Positions 21,152 through 30,407 of a stretch of 64,000 nt of DNA are shown piece by piece. The translations under genes and the position numbers were made by a program. The stretch is from NCBI GenBank assembly GCA_034439715.1, contig JAWXAY010000027.1, forward strand, positions 1-64,000, in the 5' to 3' direction. This DNA comes from Pseudomonadota bacterium. GTDB lineage: Bacteria; Bdellovibrionota; Bdellovibrionia; Bdellovibrionales; SG-bin7. Within the stretch, counting starts at the first letter, position 1. The number at the start of each line of letters is the position of its first letter. The notes under the pieces were generated by a model. That model searched no databases, was not told the DNA's origin, and saw nothing but the letters and a program-made list of their open reading frames with translations.

Positions 21152-22924
21152 TTAGGATCTATTTTTTGCCAGCTCCACGTTATTCACAATGCCACTAGTG
21201 GCAGTTTCAAGAACCAAAGAACTATTATTAGGATTAATTTTTTCAACTCGTAAAAGATGCGACACGGTCGACGAAATGTGGCCTATGCCTAAGGTAGTAC
21301 TGGCACCATCTATTGTAACGGGTGCCGCCAATCCCCAACCGCCCCAGTTTCCAAAACCATTTCCGCCATTGTTAAGACAGTTGCCAACGACCATGGGTTT
21401 CTTAATGGCTCCCGAAATAAGTGTCGTATTAGAGTTTCTGGATTCATGACCTGTGCTACCGTCTGACCCCGGGTTTCTGCCAAAATCAGAGGAGATCTGA
21501 AAAACCGTTTCATCAAATAAGTTTTTAGACTTAAGCTGGCTAATCATTTCATAAAGACAAGCCGAGAGTGCGGTAAAAATAAATGAGTTTATAATAAGTC
21601 CCGTCCAAGCTCCTCCGCCGTGGGCATCGCCGTTCCAGTAGCCATTTCTTGAAACTATTTGTCCGCTATCAAAATCAACTGAATTTTGAACCAAAAGACT
21701 TTTTGTCTCACCTAAACTCATTCGTGCCGAACTCGAATAGCCATTGACGATTAAGAATTCAGCGACAGCAAAGCTCTCTGCAACCTCATCTATCATAGTG
21801 CTAGCTTGTATCATCGTCGCCAAATTTGCGTTCCTGACTTCCATTATATCAGGAATTCTAAGTTGAACTCGGAATCCATTATACCTGGCTTCGTTGTTAG
21901 TCTGGGGAGCAATATTTGCTGTAGATACCGGTTTATCAGTAATTCCTGGCATTGCTGTAGTCGCACACCTGGCAATGAGACCTCTGTATTTTGCTAAAAG
22001 CTGTTGGTAAACCGGTAGCAAATTTGTAATACCTTGCTTAATTAATGGCTCGGCAGAATTTCGAACCGAAAATAAAGCTTCTGAGCCCGGATACCTAGAC
22101 TTTGCAATAATACCTAACTGTGTGAGCGCGCCTTTGAGTGCAGAATCAATCGCATCACGTCGTGACATAAAAGTTGCAGAAAGCCCGTCGTTAACAACTC
22201 TATTCGGAAGAAAGGGATTGTAATCACCTGAGCGAGCAAAAGGTGCTAATAATTGATTGAGTGGATCTCCACCAGTACATGTAGCTATGCCGCCGCCCAT
22301 GCCTGAACGAAAGTTATTAGCGCCGCCAAACGAAACTGCAGGTAGTGATTTTGTTGAACGATCAGCCACCAAGCCATCTAAACTTGGTGCTGAGCCGGAA
22401 GGCCTAATTTGCATTGACGACGCCTCCGCGTGAAAATCAATAAGTCCGTCAAAGCTTCGCATCATTAACATATTGTCCAAAAGGCTTTCCATCGGAACCA
22501 CACCGCCATTTGAAGTGGGAATATTTGATCCCCACAAGTGTGGCATATTTAAAGTTACACCATTTCGGGTAATAGCTCTTGTGGCATATATCGGATTATC
22601 GTAAAAACCACCTCTGTCGGTAAATCTGGTAAATACATGGGCCGTCCTAGCATCGGGTTGTATGATGCTTGTATTGGATTCGTAAGGAACTAACGGCTGA
22701 TCCCAATACCAACGGGTCATTCCCCCGCCGAGATGTAAATAGACATAATTGCGCACTGGCAGACCCGAATTGACAGCTTGGGCATGTGCTTTATTAACAA
22801 GTCCATCGACTAAGCCATCCATTAATAGTTGCATGGGTCCGAGAGCGACTCCCACGCGGCCAATGGACTTCATGAAGTCTCGACGGCTCATTGCAGGCTG
22901 TTTTTTTTGTTGACGTTTTTTCAT
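21152..22924 (-). CDS. DUF1501-like Tat-exported protein (module C)
   Basis: SRRDFMK, AHAQ, L.GG...W, DAHGGG and SDFGRNP..GTGH motifs. Confidence 0.82.
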   Translation of the reverse strand: MKKRQQKKQPAMSRRDFMKSIGRVGVALGPMQLLMDGLVDGLVNKAHAQAVNSGLPVRNYVYLHLGGGMTRWYWDQPLVPYESNTSIIQPDARTAHVFTRFTDRGGFYDNPIYATRAITRNGVTLNMPHLWGSNIPTSNGGVVPMESLLDNMLMMRSFDGLIDFHAEASSMQIRPSGSAPSLDGLVADRSTKSLPAVSFGGANNFRSGMGGGIATCTGGDPLNQLLAPFARSGDYNPFLPNRVVNDGLSATFMSRRDAIDSALKGALTQLGIIAKSRYPGSEALFSVRNSAEPLIKQGITNLLPVYQQLLAKYRGLIARCATTAMPGITDKPVSTANIAPQTNNEARYNGFRVQLRIPDIMEVRNANLATMIQASTMIDEVAESFAVAEFLIVNGYSSSARMSLGETKSLLVQNSVDFDSGQIVSRNGYWNGDAHGGGAWTGLIINSFIFTALSACLYEMISQLKSKNLFDETVFQISSDFGRNPGSDGSTGHESRNSNTTLISGAIKKPMVVGNCLNNGGNGFGNWGGWGLAAPVTIDGASTTLGIGHISSTVSHLLRVEKINPNNSSLVLETATSGIVNNVELAKNRS

Positions 22925-24396
22925 TCTAACGACGACCTCCGGTAAGTGTCGGAATTCAGAATTTTCTGAATCAACTGCCTCAAACTTTGCGTCGACTTAA
23001 GTTCTAAACCTAACGAAATAACTATATCTCGATATTTGACTTCGTCAGCAGTTAGCGCCGGCTTAGTGGTATCACCAATGTCATTTAGATTGGCTTCAAT
23101 TCCTGTAAAGAATTTAAAGTACCGCGAAGCTGCGCAAACATACATTTCATTATTTACAGAAAAAGCATTACCCAAATCTTGGATACTAGAAAGATTCTGA
23201 TTTATTAATCGACCGTCGTAGCTGCGATACAACAAAACACCGCTTGTCGGTCTACTATGAAACCTGTTGTCGCTGGAAACTGGCCCCGCCTCAGCTGGGT
23301 CTGTCGTCGGCCACACCGTCAGGTGCATGTGTGCGTCGTCAGTTAACATTGGTACAGAATTATAAGATATATGGCGTGCAACATAAGCTGTTCGGTCCAT
23401 ACTAGCATGGCATTGCATACAATTCGAACTTTGTCGAAACGGGATCCCCGTTGCCTGCACAAAGGGTTCGGCATCAGCACGACGGATAAGCGGCAGATCT
23501 CGGCACATAAAACTGTTATATCCCGCGCGTGCCCAACGGCGTGGTACGCGAAGTCCCCCGTCCATTGGGTAGTAGTCCGACCTTCCTAAATTTAACATTA
23601 AAAAAGATTTGGTCCCTAGAACGCCACCACCTAAACTTTGATGGGGCATCATAGGTTGCCTAAGCTGAGCATAACCCTCAGGTGCCCCTTGGGCGCCAAT
23701 AACACTTAGATTAATTTTTGTAGGATTTAAAGTAATGGGACGTAAGCCGATCAGATCTCCGAATTGAACTAATTCTGACTGAATATTAACTCGCGCCGTA
23801 TTTGTATAAGAGGCTGCCTGCGCCAAAGAAGTGCGCATCCCGATTGTGGCATTCGCTAGTGGACCTGTATAAGGTGGAGGTGGCGGATTTTGTATGGGAC
23901 CACTCGTTCTTAGAGCCTCCATTGAGTTTCTTCCAAGTACTACCTCAGAGTAATTTACACCTTGAGTAAATAGAGTTCTTGAAATATGAAGCGCGCTTTC
24001 GCCCTGGTCGTAAAGAAATCGAGTGGCAGCGTTAAAACTAAGTCCGTGAGGAATGGCAGTCCCAAAATTATCTGTCGGAAACCAACTTCGATGGAAGTCA
24101 TTAAGTCTTTGTAAAACAAGTCGCCCCTGCGCCGTGTCCGAAACCAGACGGCCTTCTGAACCCGCGCCTGCTGATGAGGGCTGGAGTCTGGCACTATCGA
24201 GTACTTGCAAGCAGGCGTTTGCCGCAGTTAAGGTACCACTGTTTACACTTGCTCGTAGATTATGATTAAAGGGAAGTCGAGTTCCTGTTAGGTTAGCATA
24301 ACAACGGTTAAATAAGGCCAACTCACTTAAGTTTTCAATTTGCGCTGAGGCATTAAAACTAAAGAAATAAATAAGTGATAGTGCAGTAACTCTCAA
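22921..24396 (-). CDS. Secreted single-CxxCH protein, DUF1588/DUF1585-like (module C)
   Basis: Sec signal ASA; LFNRCYANLT; GGVLGT..FL; CMQCHASMD; paralog of 27356..28831. Confidence 0.82.
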   Translation of the reverse strand: MRVTALSLIYFFSFNASAQIENLSELALFNRCYANLTGTRLPFNHNLRASVNSGTLTAANACLQVLDSARLQPSSAGAGSEGRLVSDTAQGRLVLQRLNDFHRSWFPTDNFGTAIPHGLSFNAATRFLYDQGESALHISRTLFTQGVNYSEVVLGRNSMEALRTSGPIQNPPPPPYTGPLANATIGMRTSLAQAASYTNTARVNIQSELVQFGDLIGLRPITLNPTKINLSVIGAQGAPEGYAQLRQPMMPHQSLGGGVLGTKSFLMLNLGRSDYYPMDGGLRVPRRWARAGYNSFMCRDLPLIRRADAEPFVQATGIPFRQSSNCMQCHASMDRTAYVARHISYNSVPMLTDDAHMHLTVWPTTDPAEAGPVSSDNRFHSRPTSGVLLYRSYDGRLINQNLSSIQDLGNAFSVNNEMYVCAASRYFKFFTGIEANLNDIGDTTKPALTADEVKYRDIVISLGLELKSTQSLRQLIQKILNSDTYRRSSLE

Positions 24397-24412
24397 GCTT
24401 CCCCCTCCTAAA

Positions 24413-24458
24413 ATAGTATCGGCAATTTGCGCTAAAATCTATGAGTTCTTATGAGCCA
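24413..24458 (-). promoter_or_regulatory. Island box plus -10 hexamer, with overlapping FliA-like -10 (module C/D promoter)
   Basis: TGGCTCATAAGAACTCA (24458-24442), then 23 bp, then TACTAT; GCCGATAC at 24423-24416. Confidence 0.68.
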
Positions 24459-24641
24459 ACAGTGTCTCGCTCTGATACATGTTAGTTGCTGATTCTACTA
24501 GGGTATGTTGCAATTCCTATTCCCGTCACAATGGGTTTTACGCGGCAACTGCAGGGTGTTTTCTGACACCTGTATGTTAGTTTTACGTTTTCTGTTACTT
24601 AAAAAAAACAGATACACGTTGTTGAGTATCAGTTTTAATTT

Positions 24642-25589
24642 TTAAGGAACTTGCCAGTCAGGACTCATACACAAAGTTAAGAGGACAAAGCGCCACTGAT
24701 CCAAACTAACGTAAGCCTTTTGCTCCACACTCGTAGCTATCGCCTTAAGAGCTGTCGTGGTAGTTGTCTGCGCCAGCCTACCAGTAAAAAATAAATCATA
24801 AAGAGACTGTATATCTCCGGCGGTTAATGTCCTCGCTGTGGCATCTGAACCCACCGCAAGTGTTACGGCATTAATAACCGCTGCATCACTTTGTGTAATC
24901 TTGGTGCATGCTCTAATTGTCAAAGATTGCCGAGTCGGAGTTGCGGGACCTACTGACGACGCCTGAGATTCCCCGAGGTCGCGACAATCCCCGAAGTTTT
25001 GATTTCCATTAAAGTCTCTACTGTATTTGTCACAGGGGTCTCCATAATTACCGGCGTCGTTATCAACTAACCTAACAACCGGATCATTGGCAGTGGCGCC
25101 AAAAACATCACGCAACTTACTTGCGACAAATTTTCGACCTCCATGACGCGGTTGCGCGTCGGAGGCATCGACCCCAGGGCCAGAACTAAACTTCTCGAAA
25201 GCCTTCCACTTATTAATTTCATTTATCATTTCACTTCCGTCTGTCATACAATTAGAAAGCTTGCAGTGCCCATCCCTGATCTTTATGACCAACATTGATC
25301 CTGGCACATTTGTAAAGTTAACCTTTGAGCGTGCTGCCATGTAAGCAACATCGACATCGGCCGCAGCATGCAACGGACTATTCTGTGTTTCGTGACAACT
25401 AATACATTTAGAGCGTGTAATTAAATAAACTGTTTCACCAAATGCCTGCTGTCCTGACTTTTCAGATTTACCGGCATCCGAACTGCTAGAGAATTCAGAT
25501 TCGGAAATAGACTTAAACTTACCGCAGGAGTTATATAAAACCATGGGTAGTAGTAAAAAAATAATTATTTTCAAAAATTTGATTTTCAA
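24642..25589 (-). CDS. c-type cytochrome-like lipoprotein (module B)
   Basis: LYNSC signal; CISCH; GHC...C; C-terminus DWQVP. Confidence 0.82.
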   Translation of the reverse strand: MKIKFLKIIIFLLLPMVLYNSCGKFKSISESEFSSSSDAGKSEKSGQQAFGETVYLITRSKCISCHETQNSPLHAAADVDVAYMAARSKVNFTNVPGSMLVIKIRDGHCKLSNCMTDGSEMINEINKWKAFEKFSSGPGVDASDAQPRHGGRKFVASKLRDVFGATANDPVVRLVDNDAGNYGDPCDKYSRDFNGNQNFGDCRDLGESQASSVGPATPTRQSLTIRACTKITQSDAAVINAVTLAVGSDATARTLTAGDIQSLYDLFFTGRLAQTTTTTALKAIATSVEQKAYVSLDQWRFVLLTLCMSPDWQVP

Positions 25590-25600
25590 AATATCACTTC

Positions 25601-27346
25601 CTACTTATTAATCGCCAAGTCAACTAGGTTGGTAATTCCGCCAGTGGTTTCTTGTATCAAGGCACCATTGTTAGACATCGGATGTTCTACCCTTAAGAGT
25701 TCTGCAACAGTTGATGTCGCGTGACCAATGGTAAGTTCCTGTTCAATACCGTCAACTTTTACGGGCGCAGCGGCTCCCCAAGTACCTCTGTAATTGCCGC
25801 CGGCTGGACTATTCGCGCCTTCAAAAAGTGTATGCCCAAGCACCATTGGTTTAATGATCGCACCAGAAACCAAAGACGTCGCATGAGCCATCCAACCGTG
25901 ATCTGAACCTGAATTATCATTTCGTGGATCACGACTAAATTCACCACCAACTTGAATAACTGTTTCTTTAAATATATTCGCTGTTTTTAAAACTGAAACC
26001 ATTTCATAAAGACAGGCCGCAATCGCCTTAAAATGAAAACTATTAATAATCAAACTACAAAATGAGCCACCCGAATGTTCGTCATGTGCCCAGCCGTTAA
26101 CTTGGTTCCCGATTGCCCTTGCTCCCGTTACTCGTCCTGCGGCATCTTTGGTGGGTTCGAAGACATCCTGAAAACTAAGTCCCGAAATATAGCTTGCCGC
26201 TAAATTTATGCTTGAGCTGTAGCCATTAATTAATAAATATTCAGCGACAGCGAAACCTTCTGCCAAATTAGCTACGTTGGAGTTTGCTGTAATCATTTGT
26301 CCTAAGTTAGCAGCGGGTCCTAAAAAATTTTGATCTGCGTTGATCGTATGATTAATAACAAAACCATTCGGGCGAGGAAGGTTTCCGACGGCAACTGGGA
26401 CATTGGTAACGCCATCCATTCCGCCAGCACCCACCGCCCTAATTAGATTTGCATATTTATCTCTAATGCCTGTATAAGCTGTACTTAAATCTCCAATACC
26501 ACGACGAAGAAGAGTTTCGGCATCATTTCTCATAGCGTAAAGGCTCTCAGTGCCGGGCATATTTGATTTTGCTTGCGCCGCTAAATCCCTGAGGGCCGCA
26601 TTAACAGAAATATCAAGTGCATTTTGGCGGCTGAGAACTCCGGCGTCTAGCGCGTCGCTAGAGCGATCAAATGGCGACAAAAGTCTTCTCAGAGGATCAT
26701 TGGCAAAATCATTTAGTTTTCCTTGAGCAACACCCTTTCTCGACTTATAGGCGTCGCTAAAACCTCCTGGTAGATTTACTGCCGGTACTGGAGCTTGTGA
26801 TCGATCGGCAACGGCGCCATGTAGACTCGGCGAAGAGTTCAAAGGTCTTAAGGTTTTAAAGTTATTATTAGTGTGGCCGTCTGAAGGTAGTTTTACTCCA
26901 CGAATCATCAACATATTTTCGAGAAGATTTGCCATTGGTGCTTGGCCGCCACCGACAGTGGGAATATTCTGGTTCCATAGACTTGGCATATTCAAAGTAA
27001 CACCTGCGCGAGTAATAGCATTGGTTACGTAGCCTGATTGGGTGGAACTAGTAAAGCGAGTCGCTACATGAGGATTAGCAATAATGGCCTCAGTCCTATA
27101 CGGCATAAGCGGCATATCCCAGACCCACCGAGGCGGACCTCCAGGTAAATTAACATAAATAAAATTACGCGGTTTCACTATGGCGCCTGTAACCTGAGCT
27201 TGGGCACTCATCGTCATGCCGTCGATTAGGCTTGAAATCAACATTTGCAGCGGGCCCGGAAAAGTCACAGCAGCTGAGGCTCCTAACATGCCTAGGAACT
27301 GCCGACGTGGGAGATGACATTTTGGTTTATTTTTCTCTCTGCCCAT
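25601..27346 (-). CDS. DUF1501-like Tat-exported protein (module B)
   Basis: PRRQFLG, AQAQ, LPGGPP, HDEHSGG and GEFSRDP...GSDH motifs. Confidence 0.87.
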   Translation of the reverse strand: MGREKNKPKCHLPRRQFLGMLGASAAVTFPGPLQMLISSLIDGMTMSAQAQVTGAIVKPRNFIYVNLPGGPPRWVWDMPLMPYRTEAIIANPHVATRFTSSTQSGYVTNAITRAGVTLNMPSLWNQNIPTVGGGQAPMANLLENMLMIRGVKLPSDGHTNNNFKTLRPLNSSPSLHGAVADRSQAPVPAVNLPGGFSDAYKSRKGVAQGKLNDFANDPLRRLLSPFDRSSDALDAGVLSRQNALDISVNAALRDLAAQAKSNMPGTESLYAMRNDAETLLRRGIGDLSTAYTGIRDKYANLIRAVGAGGMDGVTNVPVAVGNLPRPNGFVINHTINADQNFLGPAANLGQMITANSNVANLAEGFAVAEYLLINGYSSSINLAASYISGLSFQDVFEPTKDAAGRVTGARAIGNQVNGWAHDEHSGGSFCSLIINSFHFKAIAACLYEMVSVLKTANIFKETVIQVGGEFSRDPRNDNSGSDHGWMAHATSLVSGAIIKPMVLGHTLFEGANSPAGGNYRGTWGAAAPVKVDGIEQELTIGHATSTVAELLRVEHPMSNNGALIQETTGGITNLVDLAINK

Positions 27347-27355
27347 GTTTCTCCT

Positions 27356-28831
27356 CTATAACCGCTGCGCTGAACTTCGATATAAGTCACTACTAAAAAT
27401 TGATTGAATGAGAGCTTTTAAATTTTGACTATTTTTTAAATCCAAGCCTAATTTTATGACGATGTCTCGGTAAGATTTTTCACTACTGCTCAATGCTGGC
27501 AAACTCGTGTCTCCGGGATCCTGCAAATTGACTTTGATCCCGGTAAAAAACTGAAAATATTTAGCAGCCGTACATACATATAGATCTTCGGTTTCCGAAA
27601 GCGCTTCTCCTAGAGTTGCTAGGCTGCTAACTTGTCGATCGATGAGATTTCCGTTATAACTCCGATAATATAATTTCCCGTTAGTGGGGCGCTGAAAATA
27701 ACTAGAATCGGCGTCTACAAAGCCATTCTCTGCAGGTTGAGTTGCTGCCCACTTTCTAGTATGGACTGTGCCGCCAAATAAAACATAGGAGTTTGTAGCG
27801 TAACTAATATTGCGAGCAACACTTGCCATACCATCCATAGAGGAGTGACAACTCATACAACTACCGGCTTTACGAAAAGGCGGAGTCAATGCCGTAACAA
27901 CTGTTTGAATAAGTGGTGTTGCGTCGGTGATTCTAACGGCCGGAAGCTCACGACATAGTACATCGCTGTAAACAGCCTTGGCCCAGCGTCGATTCATAAC
28001 CAAACCGCCGTCGGAGGCACCCGTATCGGGACGTCCCAAATTTAATAACAAATAGGAAGGGGTTCCAATTATTCCCCCACCATGGGCTTCATTGGGACGT
28101 AACGGCCCGGGACTACCAAAATATCTATTGGCAACCTCGGTACCATCTAAAGAATTTGTAACCAAATTTATTTTTTCTGTGTTCAAAGATAAACGACGAA
28201 CTCCCAAAAGCTCGCCAGTCTGCACTAAAGGTGGATTCCAATTAACTCTCGTTGCCCCCGCATTTGGAACACTTGTAGACCACTGCTGCAGCTTATCGCC
28301 ATTCAATGCGTTTCTATCGTAAGGCGACGGTCCAATAGAGCGCAGGGCTTCCATGGCACTATTACCTGTAACAATCTCAGAAAACCGGAGACCATTAGTC
28401 AGCAAAACGCGAGTGACATGTAATCCCGCCTCTTGCTCATCATGAATGTAGGGCTGGTAATTAAAATCCTCTAAAAAGGGAATGGCCTTCATAATATTAT
28501 CATTGGGAAACCACGAGCGATGAAAATCGTTCATATTTAATAACACTTGTTTTGCTTCGTCGTTACTGTTGACGAGGCTACCCTCGTTAGGCTGGGTCGC
28601 AATTAGTTGCACCCCATTGATAACTCTCATACAGGCATCTACAGCTTTAAGCGTACCAGCTTTTACCTGGGCACGCAGCGGATGAGAAAGTGGCAAACTT
28701 TTTTGGGTGAGATGGGCATAGCATCGACTAAAAAGAGCTAGCTCTGAAAGAGGCTCGCGTGAACGATCCTGGCCGAGGGCAGAGTTCGACAATAAAAATA
28801 ATAGAATCCCCATGAAAACATGACTGGTCAT
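27356..28831 (-). CDS. Secreted single-CxxCH protein, DUF1588/DUF1585-like (module B)
   Basis: Sec signal; LFSRCYAHLT; GGIIGT.SYL; RRWA...LCR.LP; CMSCHSSMD. Confidence 0.82.
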   Translation of the reverse strand: MTSHVFMGILLFLLSNSALGQDRSREPLSELALFSRCYAHLTQKSLPLSHPLRAQVKAGTLKAVDACMRVINGVQLIATQPNEGSLVNSNDEAKQVLLNMNDFHRSWFPNDNIMKAIPFLEDFNYQPYIHDEQEAGLHVTRVLLTNGLRFSEIVTGNSAMEALRSIGPSPYDRNALNGDKLQQWSTSVPNAGATRVNWNPPLVQTGELLGVRRLSLNTEKINLVTNSLDGTEVANRYFGSPGPLRPNEAHGGGIIGTPSYLLLNLGRPDTGASDGGLVMNRRWAKAVYSDVLCRELPAVRITDATPLIQTVVTALTPPFRKAGSCMSCHSSMDGMASVARNISYATNSYVLFGGTVHTRKWAATQPAENGFVDADSSYFQRPTNGKLYYRSYNGNLIDRQVSSLATLGEALSETEDLYVCTAAKYFQFFTGIKVNLQDPGDTSLPALSSSEKSYRDIVIKLGLDLKNSQNLKALIQSIFSSDLYRSSAQRL

Positions 28832-28951
28832 CTGTATCCCCGACTCATCTATTAAGCTTAACTCTTGGTCTCTAAAATGTACACGAGCAAAAAAAAACTA
28901 AAAAATAACTGTCTCAACTTGAGAAAACCTGTAAAAAAAATAAACAGTTAT

Positions 28952-30406
28952 TTAAACAATAAAGAGTTCCGGAATGTCGCCCGAGATCTCGCCCAATCTC
29001 GTGGGTCCACCGACCGCTTTCATGGCTGAGATCAATACTTTTGCGGGATGCTCTCCCCGTTTAATAATATGTTTACCAGGTTTTAATCCGCCCGCAGCAC
29101 CCGCGATAAGAACCATCATATTGTCTGTAGAGTGTGAGCCAATATCTCTGACATCCCCACCAGCATTATCCACAACGCCATGGCCACCCTCGAAGACAAA
29201 AGTCAACGCACAGTTGTCCAACATATTTCCAGCGCCCTCAGGAGTTGATTTAAGTTTATTAAGTAAATAACAAAAGTGTTCTATATGCCAGGCATGCACA
29301 AGTGACATAGAGTAAGCATTAATTCCGTTTCCAGAATTCAAATTAGCAGCAACTTTAACAGATGGTGTTCCTGCCGGAGGGGCTGTTCGCCCGGCACCGT
29401 GGCCCAGCTCATGTTGATCACCAGCAGAATTACTTAGTTCAGGATAGAGTCCAGTCACACCCATGTGACTTTGTGCCGTGGTCAACATTTGTGTCGCGAC
29501 CCGAGAAGCATCACACACAAATGCCATATAAATTAAATCTAAGAAAATTCTATTTCGTTTAAATTCGTCACTGTAATTGGTGCCAATTGCGGGATCTGCG
29601 CCAGGATTCGCAAAAGGTTGACACGTGCCGCCGCTTGACAAGCTTTTTTCAAAATCACGAATTTGATCAAAATGTTGAGCCAGACGTTGTTGATCATTCA
29701 CTCCGACCTCTGACAATATTTTTGTTCTCTGACCGGTAATAAAGTCAAGCACACTTCGCTTTTTAATAAGTGCTTGCTGTAGTTCAGGGGAACTTCCCGA
29801 CGAAGTAAACAAGGCCTGATAAGCCCGAAGTGGCGAAGTTTCATTTCTCAGTCCCTGAATATTGCCGTTTCCCGCGTCCCTAAAAGTTAAAATTTCTCGA
29901 CCAGAAAAATCAAATCCCTGCACATAAAATGCCGGAGAGGCTTGATAGTTGAGAGTGCGAAACTTAGACGTTGCGCCAATGATCTTAGATACAATTTGAT
30001 CTGCTCCTTCACTGCGTTGAGTGGTTCGAACTCCTGTTATTTGTGGGTAGTGACTGTCGGCATGAAATTCGCCATCGCGGCCACCCGGTAACCCGATACC
30101 TGGAATAGTGAGTCCTGAAACAATGCTGATATCCCTCTGAAGATTGTATGTGCCCAAGGGTTTAAGTCCCGGAGAAAGAGGGAAGTTTCTGCCAAGCGCT
30201 GTGGGAATTGTAAAATTCAATGGGTCTCCATCAGGTCCCAACGACTGACCATCAAAGAATATTCCAAAGCGACTCGGCACTGGGCCGGCAGCAAAAGCAC
30301 CGTTACTATTTAACATGATATCTAATATTGGCAGTGAGAGCATAATTCCGCCCGCACCTTTTAAAAATGTCCTGCGATTCATTCGATGTATTTTCTGTGC
30401 ACCCAT
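28952..30406 (-). CDS. DUF1552 family protein with Tat signal (module A)
   Basis: NRRTFLKG..LSLP; RSVLD; AFVCDASRVA; QHELGH; GSHS..NM. Confidence 0.88.
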   Translation of the reverse strand: MGAQKIHRMNRRTFLKGAGGIMLSLPILDIMLNSNGAFAAGPVPSRFGIFFDGQSLGPDGDPLNFTIPTALGRNFPLSPGLKPLGTYNLQRDISIVSGLTIPGIGLPGGRDGEFHADSHYPQITGVRTTQRSEGADQIVSKIIGATSKFRTLNYQASPAFYVQGFDFSGREILTFRDAGNGNIQGLRNETSPLRAYQALFTSSGSSPELQQALIKKRSVLDFITGQRTKILSEVGVNDQQRLAQHFDQIRDFEKSLSSGGTCQPFANPGADPAIGTNYSDEFKRNRIFLDLIYMAFVCDASRVATQMLTTAQSHMGVTGLYPELSNSAGDQHELGHGAGRTAPPAGTPSVKVAANLNSGNGINAYSMSLVHAWHIEHFCYLLNKLKSTPEGAGNMLDNCALTFVFEGGHGVVDNAGGDVRDIGSHSTDNMMVLIAGAAGGLKPGKHIIKRGEHPAKVLISAMKAVGGPTRLGEISGDIPELFIV

Positions 30407-30407
30407 A

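Noticed and set aside
24520..24600. Possible c-di-GMP-I riboswitch (ACGUAAAACU...CAGUUGCC on the minus strand)
   Set aside because: The 5' GG(C/U)AAA and the P2 GNRA stem are missing; the resemblance is only partial.
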